A stretch of 35,775 nt of DNA from Neocallimastix sp. 'constans' (GCA_050613775.1 JBODTK010000015.1:1488001-1523775); one strand, 5' to 3'. Positions 12,299-25,737 are shown, counted from the first letter of the stretch. Numbers and translations: made by a program. The notes: generated from the sequence alone by a model not told the origin.

Positions 12299-12985
12299 AT
12301 TTAATTTTATTTTCTTTTTTTCTTTTTTTTTTATTATAAATATAAATTTGATAAAAAAATTAATAAAATAATTAAAGAATAAACGGAATAAAAGTTCAGT
12401 TCGTTCCAGCAAACAATAAATATATTCAATATATTTAATAATATTAAAAAATATTATATTTTTTAATTATGAATTAAAAAAAAAAATCAATGAAAGAAAA
12501 TTTCTGTTTATATATGCTTTTTTCTTTTTTATTTGGAAAAAAAAATTTAAATAAAACTGTTTCATTAATTGTTCCTTGTTTTATCTTTTTTCATTATAAC
12601 TTTAATATTTTATTTTATATAATATTATCCCATTTTTTAAATTAAATTCATATAAAGGACTATTTATTTTTTTTTTTTATAATAAAACTAGAAAATCAAT
12701 AATAATTCCAAAATTTAAACTATTGTTGACAGTTTAATACCATTTATTAAAGTATTTTTAATAAATATATGCTAAGTAATTAAGTTTATCCAATTAGTAA
12801 TATAAAATTTTAATGTAACATTTATTAATATAATATATTATAATATATTATAATATATATGTTTTATAAATTGAAATTTTATAGTCTTAAAACTACCTAT
12901 AAATTAATTATTTATATAATAAAGAAAAAAGAATATAAAAAAAAAGAATTTTTTAATATTAATTATTGTTTAAAAAAATATCTTT

Positions 12986-12987
<2 letters not shown>

Positions 12988-13084
<97 letters not shown>

Positions 13085-13092
13085 TAATAATA
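12988..13092. repeat. (AAT)n microsatellite
   Basis: Long AAT run upstream of cel48. Confidence 0.88.
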
Positions 13093-13976
13093 ATGATAAT
13101 AGTAATAATAATTAAAAAAAAAAAAAAAGGATTACAATATTAAATATTATTACAATATATAAAGATTTTATTTAATATATTTTTAATAATAAAATTGTGT
13201 AATATAAAAGAATGATTTATGGAAAGATAATACTAAAGATAATAAGTTATAAAATATTCAGAAGACATTATATATAATTATGATGAAATTTTTTTTTATA
13301 TTTATAACTTTTTTTTTAGTTATTAAAATAAAAATACTAATATATAATATTTTACTTCTATTATTTGTTTCTATTCTTATCATATCAATAATTCAACCTC
13401 AAACTAATTTTATCATATTGATTTAAATATTTGAAATAATTTATAATAAATGTATAAAAATGATAATTATATTTAACATACAATTATTTTTATTAATATA
13501 TGTTTTATTTGATTTTTCTTACTTTTTTATATAAAATTTAAAAATTCACCTATCCTATGTTGATCATAAGAATTATAATTCAAATAAGAATAAAGAGTAA
13601 AGTTTTTTTTGTAATACTATTAAAATTTTCCTTTTTTTTTTTTAATATTGTTAATTATTTCATATTTAATAATAGAAAAAAATCAATAATAATAATATAA
13701 TATTTATTTATATTTAAAGAATATATTATTAGTTTTTAAATTAAAATAAATTATATAATATTCTATTTAATTTATTATATATTTAAATTTATAAATATTA
13801 ACATTTTCTTATTATTATCTTATTATTAATTATCAATATATGGACAATTAAAATATAACTATATTTACTAATATAACAATTGAAAAGTAAAATTTTTTTT
13901 TTATTAGTTTAAACAATTTATATTTCTATTATTATTACATATTATTATTGGTAATAATTATTATACTATCTATTAA

Positions 13977-14470
13977 TTTATTATTTATTATTTATTATTT
14001 ATTATTTATTATTTATTATTTATTATTTATTATTTATTATTTATTATTTATTTATTATTTATTATTTATTATTTATTATTTATTATTTATTATTTATTAT
14101 TTATTATTTATTATTTATTTATTATTTATTATTTATTATTTATTATTTATTATTTATTATTTATTATTTATTATTTATTATTTATTATTTATTATTTATT
14201 ATTTATTATTTATTATTTATTATTTATTATTTATTATTTATTATTTATTATTTATTATTTATTATTTATTATTTATTATTTATTATTTATTATTTATTAT
14301 TTATTATTTATTATTTATTATTTATTATTTATTATTTATTATTTATTATTTATTATTTATTATTTATTATTTATTATTTATTATTTATTATTTATTATTT
14401 ATTATTTATTATTTATTATTTATTATTTATTATTTATTATTTATTATTTATTATTTATTATTTATTATTT
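13977..14470. repeat. Heptanucleotide (ATTTATT)n tandem array, about 0.5 kb
   Basis: Near-perfect 7-nt periodicity. It generates the spurious YYLLFII-repeat ORF at 13948-14472. Confidence 0.93.
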
Positions 14471-15228
14471 AATAATTATTTTTAATGAAAAAATACAAAA
14501 ATTTAAATATTATAAATTATAATAATAAAAGATAGTTATTTAATTATAATTAATTATATTAAATTATAAAAAATAAATTAATTTTTTAAAATAATTTAAA
14601 AAAAAATGGAGGTAAATGAAAAAAATGAAAAAAAAAATTTATATATTATTAAAAATTTTTGAAGTATATTATATTAAATTAAATTTGACAAGATAAAAAG
14701 TTATTATTAAATAAAAAGAATGTAATACAAGCTATTTAATTCTAACAGATAAACTTCTATATAAAAATATACTTAAATTATTTTATTAATTAGAGTTTTT
14801 TTTTAAAATAAATATTTATCAGTAGTTAAAAGATAATTTAATAACATGTTGATTATGAAAATTATAAAATTATGATTATACTTAATGCTTTTAATGATAT
14901 ATTAACAAATATGGTAGCTCTTTTTTTTTTTTTTTTTTTTAGAAAAAAAATATATATATTTAAAGATTTTTTATTAGGAATTATTATTTAAAAAAATAAT
15001 TAAATTTCTTTTTGAAAGTTTTATAATTTTATAAATTAAAAATAAATAATTTTAATTTTAAAAATTATAAATTACTTAATTTTAAATCAATCATTAATTA
15101 TTTGTATTAACTACTATAAATTATTATATTATTATTTTTATTATTACCTATAATTGATTAGTTTTTTTTTTTTTTTTTTTTTTCATTTATAGTAAAAATA
15201 TCATAAATATTATTTTTTTTTTAAGGTA

Positions 15229-15750
15229 TTAATAAAGAATTTGAAAAAAACTCATATTAGAAATAGCCGGTTCAAATGGGATTGGTTGACCTTTATAAGA
15301 AAAACAGCTTTTCCCTTTAATTAAACAATGCTTTTTTTTATTATTATTAATCGATTCAAAAAACAAAATATAATGGACTTGAAGCTACAACAAAAGTGAT
15401 CAATTCTAGTAAATAACTAGCATATAAAAGAATATATACTGCACCCTAAGAAACACCCCAGATTCCAACTTTTTTATATCCCATTGGTTTTAAATATTTG
15501 GATGCATATTCTATATAATCTAATAAAGCTTCACAAATTAATTCTGGAGTATCTAGTGAATTAAAGAAACTAACTTCAAGTGTAGTAATTCCATTTGTTT
15601 GCATAAAATTTAGATAACATATTAATATATTTCATACTACCATTTAAATCTATACATGCAATTATTGCTTTATTTGGACATATTTCATTTTGCTTATACA
15701 TAATACACCTTGAAATCCATCTTCCATAATCGTAAAATTTATTTTTTCAT
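15229..15750 (-). pseudogene. Decayed acyl-CoA thioester hydrolase/BAAT-like alpha/beta-hydrolase, bacterial type
   Basis: Joining frames gives MKK/NFTIMEDGFQGVL/QNEICPNKAIIACIDLNGSMKYINMLSKFY/QTNGITTLEVSFFNSLDTPELICEALLDYIEYASKYLKPMGYKKVGIWGVS*GAVYILLYASYLLELITFVVASSPLYFVF/ESINN...KSCFSYKGQPIPFEP. The GxSxG nucleophile elbow contains a TAG (15448-15446). About four frameshifts, no introns, C-terminal half missing. Confidence 0.72.
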
Positions 15751-15856
15751 ATATAATATTTTATATTAAATTGATAATAAATTAATTCTAAAATTTGTTT
15801 TTTCATACATGATACTTTATATTAAATTGATAATAAATTATTTCTAAAATTTGTTT
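15742..15856. repeat. Tandem duplication with ~56-bp period immediately upstream of the pseudogene start
   Basis: TTTATATTAAATTGATAATAAATTA(A/T)TTCTAAAATTTGTTT occurs at 15760-15800 and 15816-15856 with one mismatch. Confidence 0.85.
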
Positions 15857-16109
15857 CTAATATACATATATAATTTTATATTTATTTTTTATGTTGACAA
15901 TTGTGATAAAAAAGTTTTTTTCATAGGAATTCAACAATAGTTTATATCTTTTTATTATAATAATAATTAGTATTATTAATTTATTATATTATTATTTTAA
16001 AGTTTATTTTAATTATAAATTTATTTTTCTTTTCTTTCTATTATTACATTTATATATATATATATACTTTTTTTTTTTTTTTTTGAAAATAATTTTTTCC
16101 TTTTTTTTT

Positions 16110-16141
<32 letters not shown>

Positions 16142-16499
16142 CGTTTTATTAAATAATAATTAAGAATTAGTTATAGTAATTTGCTATTTTAGTATTGCAC
16201 TATTGTAATAACCCTGATATCTTTAAAAATTAAAACTTTATAAATTTTAAATTAAAAACTTAAGGTTACACAAAATTGATCAACAATTCAAACCACTTTA
16301 TATAAAGAAAAAAAAATGAATTATTGAAATAATTACAATTAACAAAAAAAAATAATGAATTATTGAAATGTCAATTATAATATATATAAATATATTGCAA
16401 TTGTGGTGATTTTTTTTAAATATGATGACTGAATAGTTCATTTTCATTATTCATATTGAAGAATTATTTAATTCATTGATTATTAGCAATCTATGAATT

Positions 16500-16747
<248 letters not shown>

Positions 16748-17043
16748 GTCAATGATATATTATACAATCTTGTTGAAGTTTATTTATATACTTTCTTCTA
16801 TCCTTACTATTAAAAGAAGGTTTACATGAAATTAAAATATCATTAATTTTATCTTTAACTCTGTTATATTTCATAAAAAAAGAGAAAAAAGTATGAAATA
16901 AAGTTTTATGAAAATATCAGATGAATATTATATAATATTTAAATTATATTAAAAAAGAAAAAAAGAAATTAAATAAATGAATATACAATTATAGTTTATG
17001 TATTATTATTTTTTTTTTAATAATAATATATTTTTTTTTAATA

Positions 17044-17240
17044 AAATGTAACTTTTTGATATCATGTATCTATACACATTAGCATGATATATCAAAAGCA
17101 TTTTATGAACGCATATTCATAGAAGGCTTAACAACGCAGGCAGCATAGGATCTGGAGCAATAGTTGCGCAGTACAACAACTGAAGTTATATGTAACTGTT
17201 TTAACTTTACTATCAGTTAAAGGTACAATAATCAAGCTAA
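17044..17240 (-). ncRNA. Candidate structured ncRNA, H/ACA-like (family unassigned)
   Basis: A GC-richer island with at least six inverted repeats. On the minus strand: a multibranch domain closed by GCUUGAU/GUUAAGC, an ANANNA box (AUAAAA, 17106-17101), a long hairpin (17098-17052), then ACA-UUU (17049-17044). No convincing ORF. Confidence 0.4.
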
Positions 17241-17450
17241 AAATCTTTAACTCTAATATTTTAATAAAATATATTTATATTTATATAATTAGAATTCAAT
17301 TAATAAATTATGTTTCCATTAAACAAACTGAAATGAAAATAAAAGGAACTATTAAAAACTATTTGACTTATTATTTTTTTTATATAAAAAAAAGTAATAA
17401 TAAGTATATTAAATACATTAAAATATAATACAATAAATTAAAATGAAATG

Positions 17451-17780
17451 AAATAAAATAAAATAAAATAAAATAAAATAAAATAAAATAAAATAAAATA
17501 AAATAAAATAAAATAAAATAAAATAAAATAAAATAAAATTAAATAAAATAAAATAAAATAAAATAAAATAAAATAAAATAAAATAAAATAAAATAAAATA
17601 AAATAAAATAAAATAAAATAAAATAAAATAAAATAAAATAATATAAATTAAAATAAAATAAAATAAAATAAAATAAAATAAAATAAAATAAAATAAAATA
17701 AAATAAAATAAAATAAAATAAAATAAAATAAAATAAAATAAAATAAAATAAAATAAAATAAAATAAAATAAAATAAAATA
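17451..17780. repeat. (AAAAT)n pentanucleotide array
   Basis: About 330 bp of 5-nt periodicity. Source of the FYFIL-repeat ORF. Confidence 0.93.
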
Positions 17781-18122
17781 ATATATATATATATATATAA
17801 ACTTTAATATTATTGTAAATGATATATACAAAGCAAAAGATTTAACTTTTAAAAATTTCAAAATTTTCACGTCTATATATATATTAAAGAATCTATGAAA
17901 TAAGAATAGTAAATCTAGTTTATTTTTATAATCCAATTTTATTAATAAAAATAAATTCTTTATTTAAATGGAAATTTTTATATGAATAACAAAATTTATA
18001 AAATTTAGTATATAACAATCTATATTTTTTATTTTCATTAAATAACTCTGAATATTAAAATATAATAATAGAGTAATAAATATTATATAAAAGTAATATA
18101 TTTAAATAAATAAAAAGATATC

Positions 18123-18185
<63 letters not shown>

Positions 18186-18924
18186 TATAATAATAATAAT
18201 AATAATAATTTAAAATGCTTCATTTTTATTTAATAAAAGTAAAAAATAATAATTTGTTTATTTCATATAATCTGAAAATTTCATAAAGGTTCAACCAAAA
18301 ACTGCACCACTTTTTTATTGATATAAAATTTAATATTTCTTTAATTATTTATGGAATAGCACATATATAAATTATAGATGCATTATTTTCTTTTTATTAC
18401 AACTATATCATATTTATTTAATATTAATAATAATCTTCAAAGTTTAGTCTGAATTAATTTAACGTACATGAAAATTAGCAATATTATTAAAATTACTTTT
18501 TTAAAATTTAAATATCTTAAATTTATTAAAACTCTACATAATATATTATATACTTTTAAGATAAAAATTGATTTCTCATATTATTTCATTTATATTTCTT
18601 GATTTCTAAATATTTATTTAAATATTCATTTAATTAATAATAATTAATATTAATAAAAACAAATAAATTAATAAATTAATATATATATAATATTAATTAT
18701 AGTTGTACATAACTTTTATTTATTATTTATTTATGAATTAATTTAATAATAACATAAAGTTTTATTAAATAAATAATTATAATAAATTTTATTAAAAAAT
18801 ATTGTATGAAAAAAAAAAATAAAAATAAAAAATAAATAGTAGTATATTTTATGATGTATTTTCAAAATTGTTAAAATTTTTTAATATTTTAAAAAGTTTT
18901 AATTCTATTATTAAAAATTATTAA

Positions 18925-18963
<39 letters not shown>

Positions 18964-19368
18964 GTTGTTGTTGTTGTTGCTATTATTAAAAATTTTATTG
19001 CATAAATTTTATTTATTTATTATTTAATACTTTATTACTTATTACTTATTATATATTATGTATTATTTATCATTTTCGAATATATTTATTAATTTGAACT
19101 TGTTTCGCAGTATTTAATAACATATAAACATAAAGATTTGTAAAAATAATATTAATAATAATTAACTAATTAGTTATAAAAAAGAATTAACCGAATTAAG
19201 TAGTATAAAAAATAAATAAATAAATAAATAAATATATTAAAAAAAATAATAAATAATGGTATATTTTATAATTTATGGTTTCCAAAAATGTTAAAACTTA
19301 ATAACTATTTTAAATATTATTAAGATTTATATTAATAATAATAATATAATTATTATTGATATTTCATG

Positions 19369-19404
<36 letters not shown>

Positions 19405-19467
19405 TTGTTGTTATTGTCGTTGAATTAATATAAAAATTATATAATAAATTATTTAATTATTATTTAT

Positions 19468-20887
19468 CTATTCAATATTTAACCAATTTAACAAATCTTC
19501 TGCATCTGTTTTTGCTGGAGATAGAACATGATTATTAAGGGTTGTGAGATTTGAATTGGATGATAATGTTTGTTTTAATTCCTGAGATGGACTAAATTGT
19601 GAAATTTTCTTTAAAATCTTAATATATTCCATATAATAATCAACGGGAACAGTATGTGAATTAGAACTTGATTCGTTTTCATTATCTAAATTACTATCGC
19701 CATTATCAACTGTATTAGAAATAGAGGTATTATATATATCTTTTTGTTTATTTTCAAAATTTAATATTTCTTCTTCCGGAATACCTAAAGATAAAAAGGA
19801 CATATTTTCATTACTATAGCTAGTACTTGCATTTAATTGTCGTTTCATTGAAACTATATTAAAACTAGAATTTTCTTTATTATTATTGTCATATTCTGGT
19901 AACTTAAATGGTTTGGTTAGAAATTTTGGACTTTTCCTATCACTAATAGGGGACTTTAAATATTTACAGTTAATAATATTACTAATATCACGAAGTGGAT
20001 ATTCTGTTGTATTTTTTAAATATCTTTTAGTTGATAATGGAGATTTTATTGATTGAATATTTTTTGTAGGAGTATCTAACATATTTGTAAATTGTTGGGT
20101 CGAAATATTTTCAAGAGTTGGAAATGTTGGTTCTAAAGTAATATCATCTTCAGTTCCTACATTTTTATCAACCTTAAACTTCTTAATTTTTGGTATAAAT
20201 TCAAATAAATCATCTGTTTGAATGGATTTATCGACTTTTTGTGGTATAAGATTATTATGAAATGGTTTGTTTTTCCCAATACAATTATATGGTTCTGAAC
20301 TAGTTCGCTTCATTAAAATATCCAATAAATTTGGCTTTTTTGAATTTGAAGCCGGGGTATTATGTTCAGATTGTAATTTAGGTTCATTTATTTCTTTTTT
20401 TATGGGTTTTAATTCTTCAAATTCTTTTTTTATAGATTTTAAATCATTTAAAGTATTTTCTAGAGATTTATCATTTTCTTTATTTGAAGAGGTTGTTCCT
20501 ACTTCATCTTCATCTTTATGCTTTCTTTTTTTATTTTTTAATTTATCCTTTCTGCTATTAACATTCTCATGTTCTTTACAATACTATTTATTTATTATTT
20601 TATTATAATAGATTATTTAATATTAAATGTATATAGTTAAAAGCAAAAATTTAATCATAAACAAAAAAAAAATATATATATATATATATCTAAAAAGATT
20701 AAATTTTAAATAGTATAAAAAATAAAAATAGAATTGATAAAGAAATCAAATTGTACACATATATATATATTATTTCATATTGACTTACTTTATGATTATT
20801 TGACCTTTTAACAAACTTATTATTACAATTTTCATACATACATACTCTAATTCTTGAACTGTGTGCTGGTAAAGTAGAATTAGTCAT
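19468..20887 (-). CDS. Uncharacterised ~404-aa protein with an N-terminal C-x4-C-x13-C-x2-H putative zinc finger and a disordered body. Exons 20887-20789, 20583-19468
   Basis: The GTAAGT donor at 20788 and TAG acceptor at 20584 join ...RVCMYENCNNKFVKRSNNHK to YCKEHENVNSRKDKLKNKKRKHK..., which stays open through the 285-aa ORF. Basic NLS-like patch. Confidence 0.8.
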
Positions 20888-21894
20888 TATGATGTTATAT
20901 TTTTAAAATTAAAAATATATATATTTATTTTTTGAAATATTTAATTTATATCTTAAATATCAATAATAAATATGGTGTAATAAACATTTAATTAACACTA
21001 GCCTATTATCTTCTAATAAATCTTCTAATAATATTAAAAATTATAATCAACAAAAGTAAACTATATATATATATTATATATATAAATATTAATAATTAAT
21101 AATAATACTTTAAATTTAAAATCTATATACAAAACGTTATATTAAATATTATCAAATAAAAAAAACATTTAAATTGATATAAAAAATTAGTATTGATTTA
21201 AAATTATATAAGATATTAAACAAATTTTTTTCTTTTTACTATTGTATTTATTAAAAAAATAAATATGGGTCTTAATTCAAACAAATCTATATAAAATAAA
21301 TATTATTAATATGACATATGACATAAAACTCGATAAAAAAATATATGAAAAAAAATAAGGTTTGTTGTTCAAATTTAAAATAAATTTATTTAAAAAAAGC
21401 TTTATATATAAATTATGGAAATAAAAATTTAAAATAAAATTTTGTTGTCTGTCTTTAAATAATATAATATATTTATATTAATATAATTATATATTTTAAA
21501 GTTCTACAAAAAAAAAAAAAAAAAAAAAAAAGAAAAAAGCTATATATATGTATACATATTTATCTATATAAAAATTAATTAAAATTTATGTAAAATAATT
21601 GGATATTTTATATTACAATATAAATAATTATATATTTATATAATAATTTAATAAATTTCACTATATGACAAAAAAACATTAATCCTATATATTTTTATAG
21701 TATTAGTTATAGTAATATATAATTAATACTGATATTAATATGAATGAAATTTGAATTTAAATTCGAAATTTTATTTTTTGAAAATTTGAAATTTGTGGAG
21801 GATTAAATATTAAATTTATAAACTATATTTATATATAATACGATAAAAGAAAAAATTAAAAAAAAAAGAAATAGAAAATCTATAATATATTGAT

Positions 21895-24003
21895 ATGAAT
21901 AGTGTTGAATTAATACCTATTGATTCTAATGATGAAGATGATTTTGAAGAATCAGAAAGTGACAAATATCAAGAAGATGAACGTAATAATGAAGAATTAG
22001 ATGAACAAAATGATAAAGAAAAAGAAATTAAAACAGCTTCAAAAAGAAAATGGGAAGAGGTAACATTTAAATCATTATATATATATATATATATATATAC
22101 ATTATTTATTAATATTTCATTTATTAATATATATATTAATTAATATATTTTAATTAAATTATGTATATATATTTATCTCTTTTTATTATATTTTTAAGGC
22201 AAATACATGTCCTATTTGTTTATCACCTTGGTCCTCAACTGGAAATCATCAAATTGCCTCATTAAAATGTATATTTCTTTTTTAAATTAAAATAAATAAT
22301 ATATATATATAATTATTTTCTTTTTAATTAATATTATTTTTAATGTTTATATTATATATTTCATTTTTAAAATCTCAATTAATTAATTTAAAATTTATAT
22401 AGGTGGTCATTTATTTGGTTATAGGTAATATAATTAGTATTAATTAAATATCAATATATAATATAAAAAGAAATATTTCTGATTCGAATTTCATTAAATT
22501 TAAATAATAGCTGTATTATAAAATGGCTTAAAAAAAAAAGTACTAAAGAAAGTAGATGTCCCTGTTGCAAGTATAATAATAATTTTTATTATTTTTAATT
22601 ATTAATTTGAAAAGATGAATAAATTAAAAAACAAAAATTAAAATATATTTATATATATTCAATAAATTAAAAAATAAAATTAACATATATTAATATTTAA
22701 ATATTTAAAAGTTCTCATGCTATTGTTAGAAATGTTAGAAGACTTTACGCCTGTAATATAAAGGTTGAAGATAATTCGCAATTTGAATCAATTAAAAAAG
22801 AAAAAAAGGAAATGGAAACTTATTGTGAAATGTTAGAAAAAGAAAAATTACATTATCAAATATATTCAAGAATAGCTAATGAACAACTAATATGTATTAA
22901 AAATACTATCAATGACTACAAACAACAACTTAGAAAACTAAAAAAAAAAATTTCAACACCTGATAAATATCAATTTAATTCTACCTATGTAATTGATTAT
23001 AATGTATGTATTATTATTGATATCAATTATATCACCTGAATTAATTAAAATTAACTTAATTTCTTATTATTTTTTATCATAGTTAAAATCTTCAAAAATA
23101 TTATCATATGATGCTATAGGACAATCATTATATGGTATTTTCAATTATTTTATGATTAAATATTATATATATATAAATGTATATTAGCAATTATTAAATT
23201 TCCTATAATTATATATAATTTTTAAAGTTACAAAATCTTTAAATATGCAGAATTTTGGAATAGTTAAGATTGATATGCAGGAAAATAAAATGAGTGAATA
23301 CTGTCAATTACACCAAAAAGCAATAAAAGATATTCAATGTAATCCAATAAATGGAAATTTGTTAACATGTTCATTTGATAAAACACTACAAATATTTTCT
23401 AATAAAACCAAAAATATTGATATATGGTAAATTATTATATATTTAAAAATCAATATGATAATATTATAATTAAATATTAATAAAATTAATTATAATTTTC
23501 TTATTTTATAGTATTCCTATATTTTATGCGTGTTGGAGTTGTTGCTGTAAATAATATTAATTATATATAAATATATATATATATATTACAATATAAATTA
23601 TTTCATTCATTAATCAAAATAAATAATAAATATTATAATTAGGGTCAACATATAACGAAAATCAAATCTATGTAGGATTATCTAATAATACAATTTTGAT
23701 GTATGATATAAGAAATTTATCAACTTATTGTACCAAACTTAATGGAGGATCAAATTTAAACAAACCAATACATTCATTGGTTTATGTAAATAATTTAAAT
23801 AATAATAATTCAAAAATTAGTTCAGGTATATTAGGTGCAAATTTAGAAGATATATTTTATCATGATCAAGAAGCTATTGATCAAAACAATAATAATAAAG
23901 AAAATGATATAATCATTCCAAAACTAAAATATCAACAACCTGGTAAAAATCAACTTAAAAAATAGAATTTTATTAATAAAATTCTAAATTTATATTACAA
24001 TTT

Positions 24004-24062
<59 letters not shown>

Positions 24063-24565
24063 TTTATTATTAAAATAGGTTCTTGTATATCTTTATGTTA
24101 TGATCCTCTTACTCAACAAATTCTTTCAACTTGGAGATCATCTTCTTCTTCTGGATTATTAACTAATTATATTATTGACCATTTATGTTATAATCCTGAT
24201 AATCATGATAAAGAAACAAAAAAAATACCTATTAGTCAATCAAACAATTTTATATCTAGTTTTGATTATATGAAAGAACGTGAAAATAAACCTAAATATC
24301 CGGTCTCCTTTGAAAGAAGACAAGAGATTTATGGTTATTCCGGTCAGAAATATCTTACACGAAATTTAATATTTTCAGAATATTTAGATACAAATTCCTC
24401 AGATACAACTAATAAATCAAAAATAGTATGTGATGAATTGGGCAGTACAGAACATGAAGATAAAAATAAAGAAATAGCAAATAATAATTTTGAAACATTT
24501 GTTTGTGCAAGTGATGAAGGATCATGTTCAGTAAGTGTTAAAAAAAATAAAAAAAAAAAATAAAA

Positions 24566-24620
<55 letters not shown>

Positions 24621-25006
24621 TTAATAAATATTATTATTAATGGTAGTAGTAATAGTATGTTATAGTATATAATATATAGTATATAATATATAGAATGTTG
24701 TATTGTAGTAATAGTAGTATTTATAAGAAATTACAAGAATTAATAATTTTTAATTTGATAAGTTATATATAAAGTAATTACTAAAAAAAAAAAATTTTTT
24801 TTACTTTTTTTTTTTAATTTAAGTCAATTCTATGGAAATGTAATTGGGACAATAATTTTTCATTAGCTAATCATTCATTATATCAACAATTACCAACTGA
24901 AAACCATTCAGTTATTTTAGATATTAAGCATTGTCCTCTAACTAATACACATAGTAATGTTTTGGCATGCTTAACTGGAGAACAAGTATATCTATATAAA
25001 AAGTAA
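21895..25006 (+). CDS. RFWD3: RING finger and WD40 E3 ubiquitin ligase, RFWD3-like. Exons 21895-22059, 22199-22268, 22403-22424, 22511-22570, 22712-23003, 23083-23134, 23228-23426, 23512-23546, 23643-23942, 24079-24530, 24824-25006
   Basis: Acidic N-terminus, RING TCPICLSPWSSTGNHQIASLKCGHLFGYSCIIKWL...RCPCCN...VRRLYA, coiled coil, then WD40 repeats (LHQKAIKD...LLTCSFDKTL; ACWSCCW...NQIYVGLSNNTILMYDIR; CASDEG). All junctions are GT-AG and phase-consistent. Confidence 0.9.
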
Positions 25007-25684
25007 TATTATTATTAAAATAAATAATATTAAATGGTGAAAAAGTGGATTAAAACGAAAAAAAGAAAAAAAGAAAAAAGAAAAACCTGGGATAAATAGA
25101 AATATTATTTAGATTTACTAAAAAAAAAAATTTTTTATTTTTTTTTTTTTTTTTTATTTATAATTTATTCTTTATTAATATAAAGAACTATACCAATTTT
25201 TATTTTTTTTTTTTTTTAAATGATCTATTATCTAAAATTACTACTACTAATAATAATAATAATTTAATTGTAAATTGTTATACGTTTAAATCCTTAGTAA
25301 TTTAAATAATAAAAAATTATTAAAAATTAAAATAGTCAAATAATATACACATTTATATATGTATATATTATATACACTTTTTTCTTTCTTTGTATTTTTT
25401 ATTTTTTAGAAAATGGTATTAAAATGCCAATTCCTAAAAATAAAAATTAATATATATTTATAATACTCTTAAATAATTTAAATAAATAAAAAAATAAAAA
25501 AATAATGATAATAACAATAATAATAATAATAAAGATAATAAATAATAATAATAATAACAATAATAATAACTTAAAATTTTTTTATTATAAAATAAAAATA
25601 AAAAAACAAAATCTGCATTTATTTAGTTAATTTTCTTAAATGATATATAGTATAGTATTTTTCATTATTATTTAATATGTATTT

Positions 25685-25737
<53 letters not shown>

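Noticed and set aside
10015..12371. Numerous overlapping alternative-frame and antisense ORFs within cel48
   Set aside because: These are by-products of strong codon bias; no recognisable motifs.
12299..12412. 38-aa N-terminal extension of cel48 in the ORF track
   Set aside because: It starts at a non-ATG codon in AT-rich leader sequence; the signal peptide begins at ATG 12298.
17120..17240. Plus-strand reading of the structured element as U11 snRNA (AGAAGGCTT...AAGCT)
   Set aside because: The 5' end does not match AAAAAGGGC and no Sm site follows the closing stem.
18260..18480. Slightly GC-richer patch, considered as a coding or transposon remnant
   Set aside because: The frames checked are interrupted by stops and show no recognisable motif or terminal repeat.
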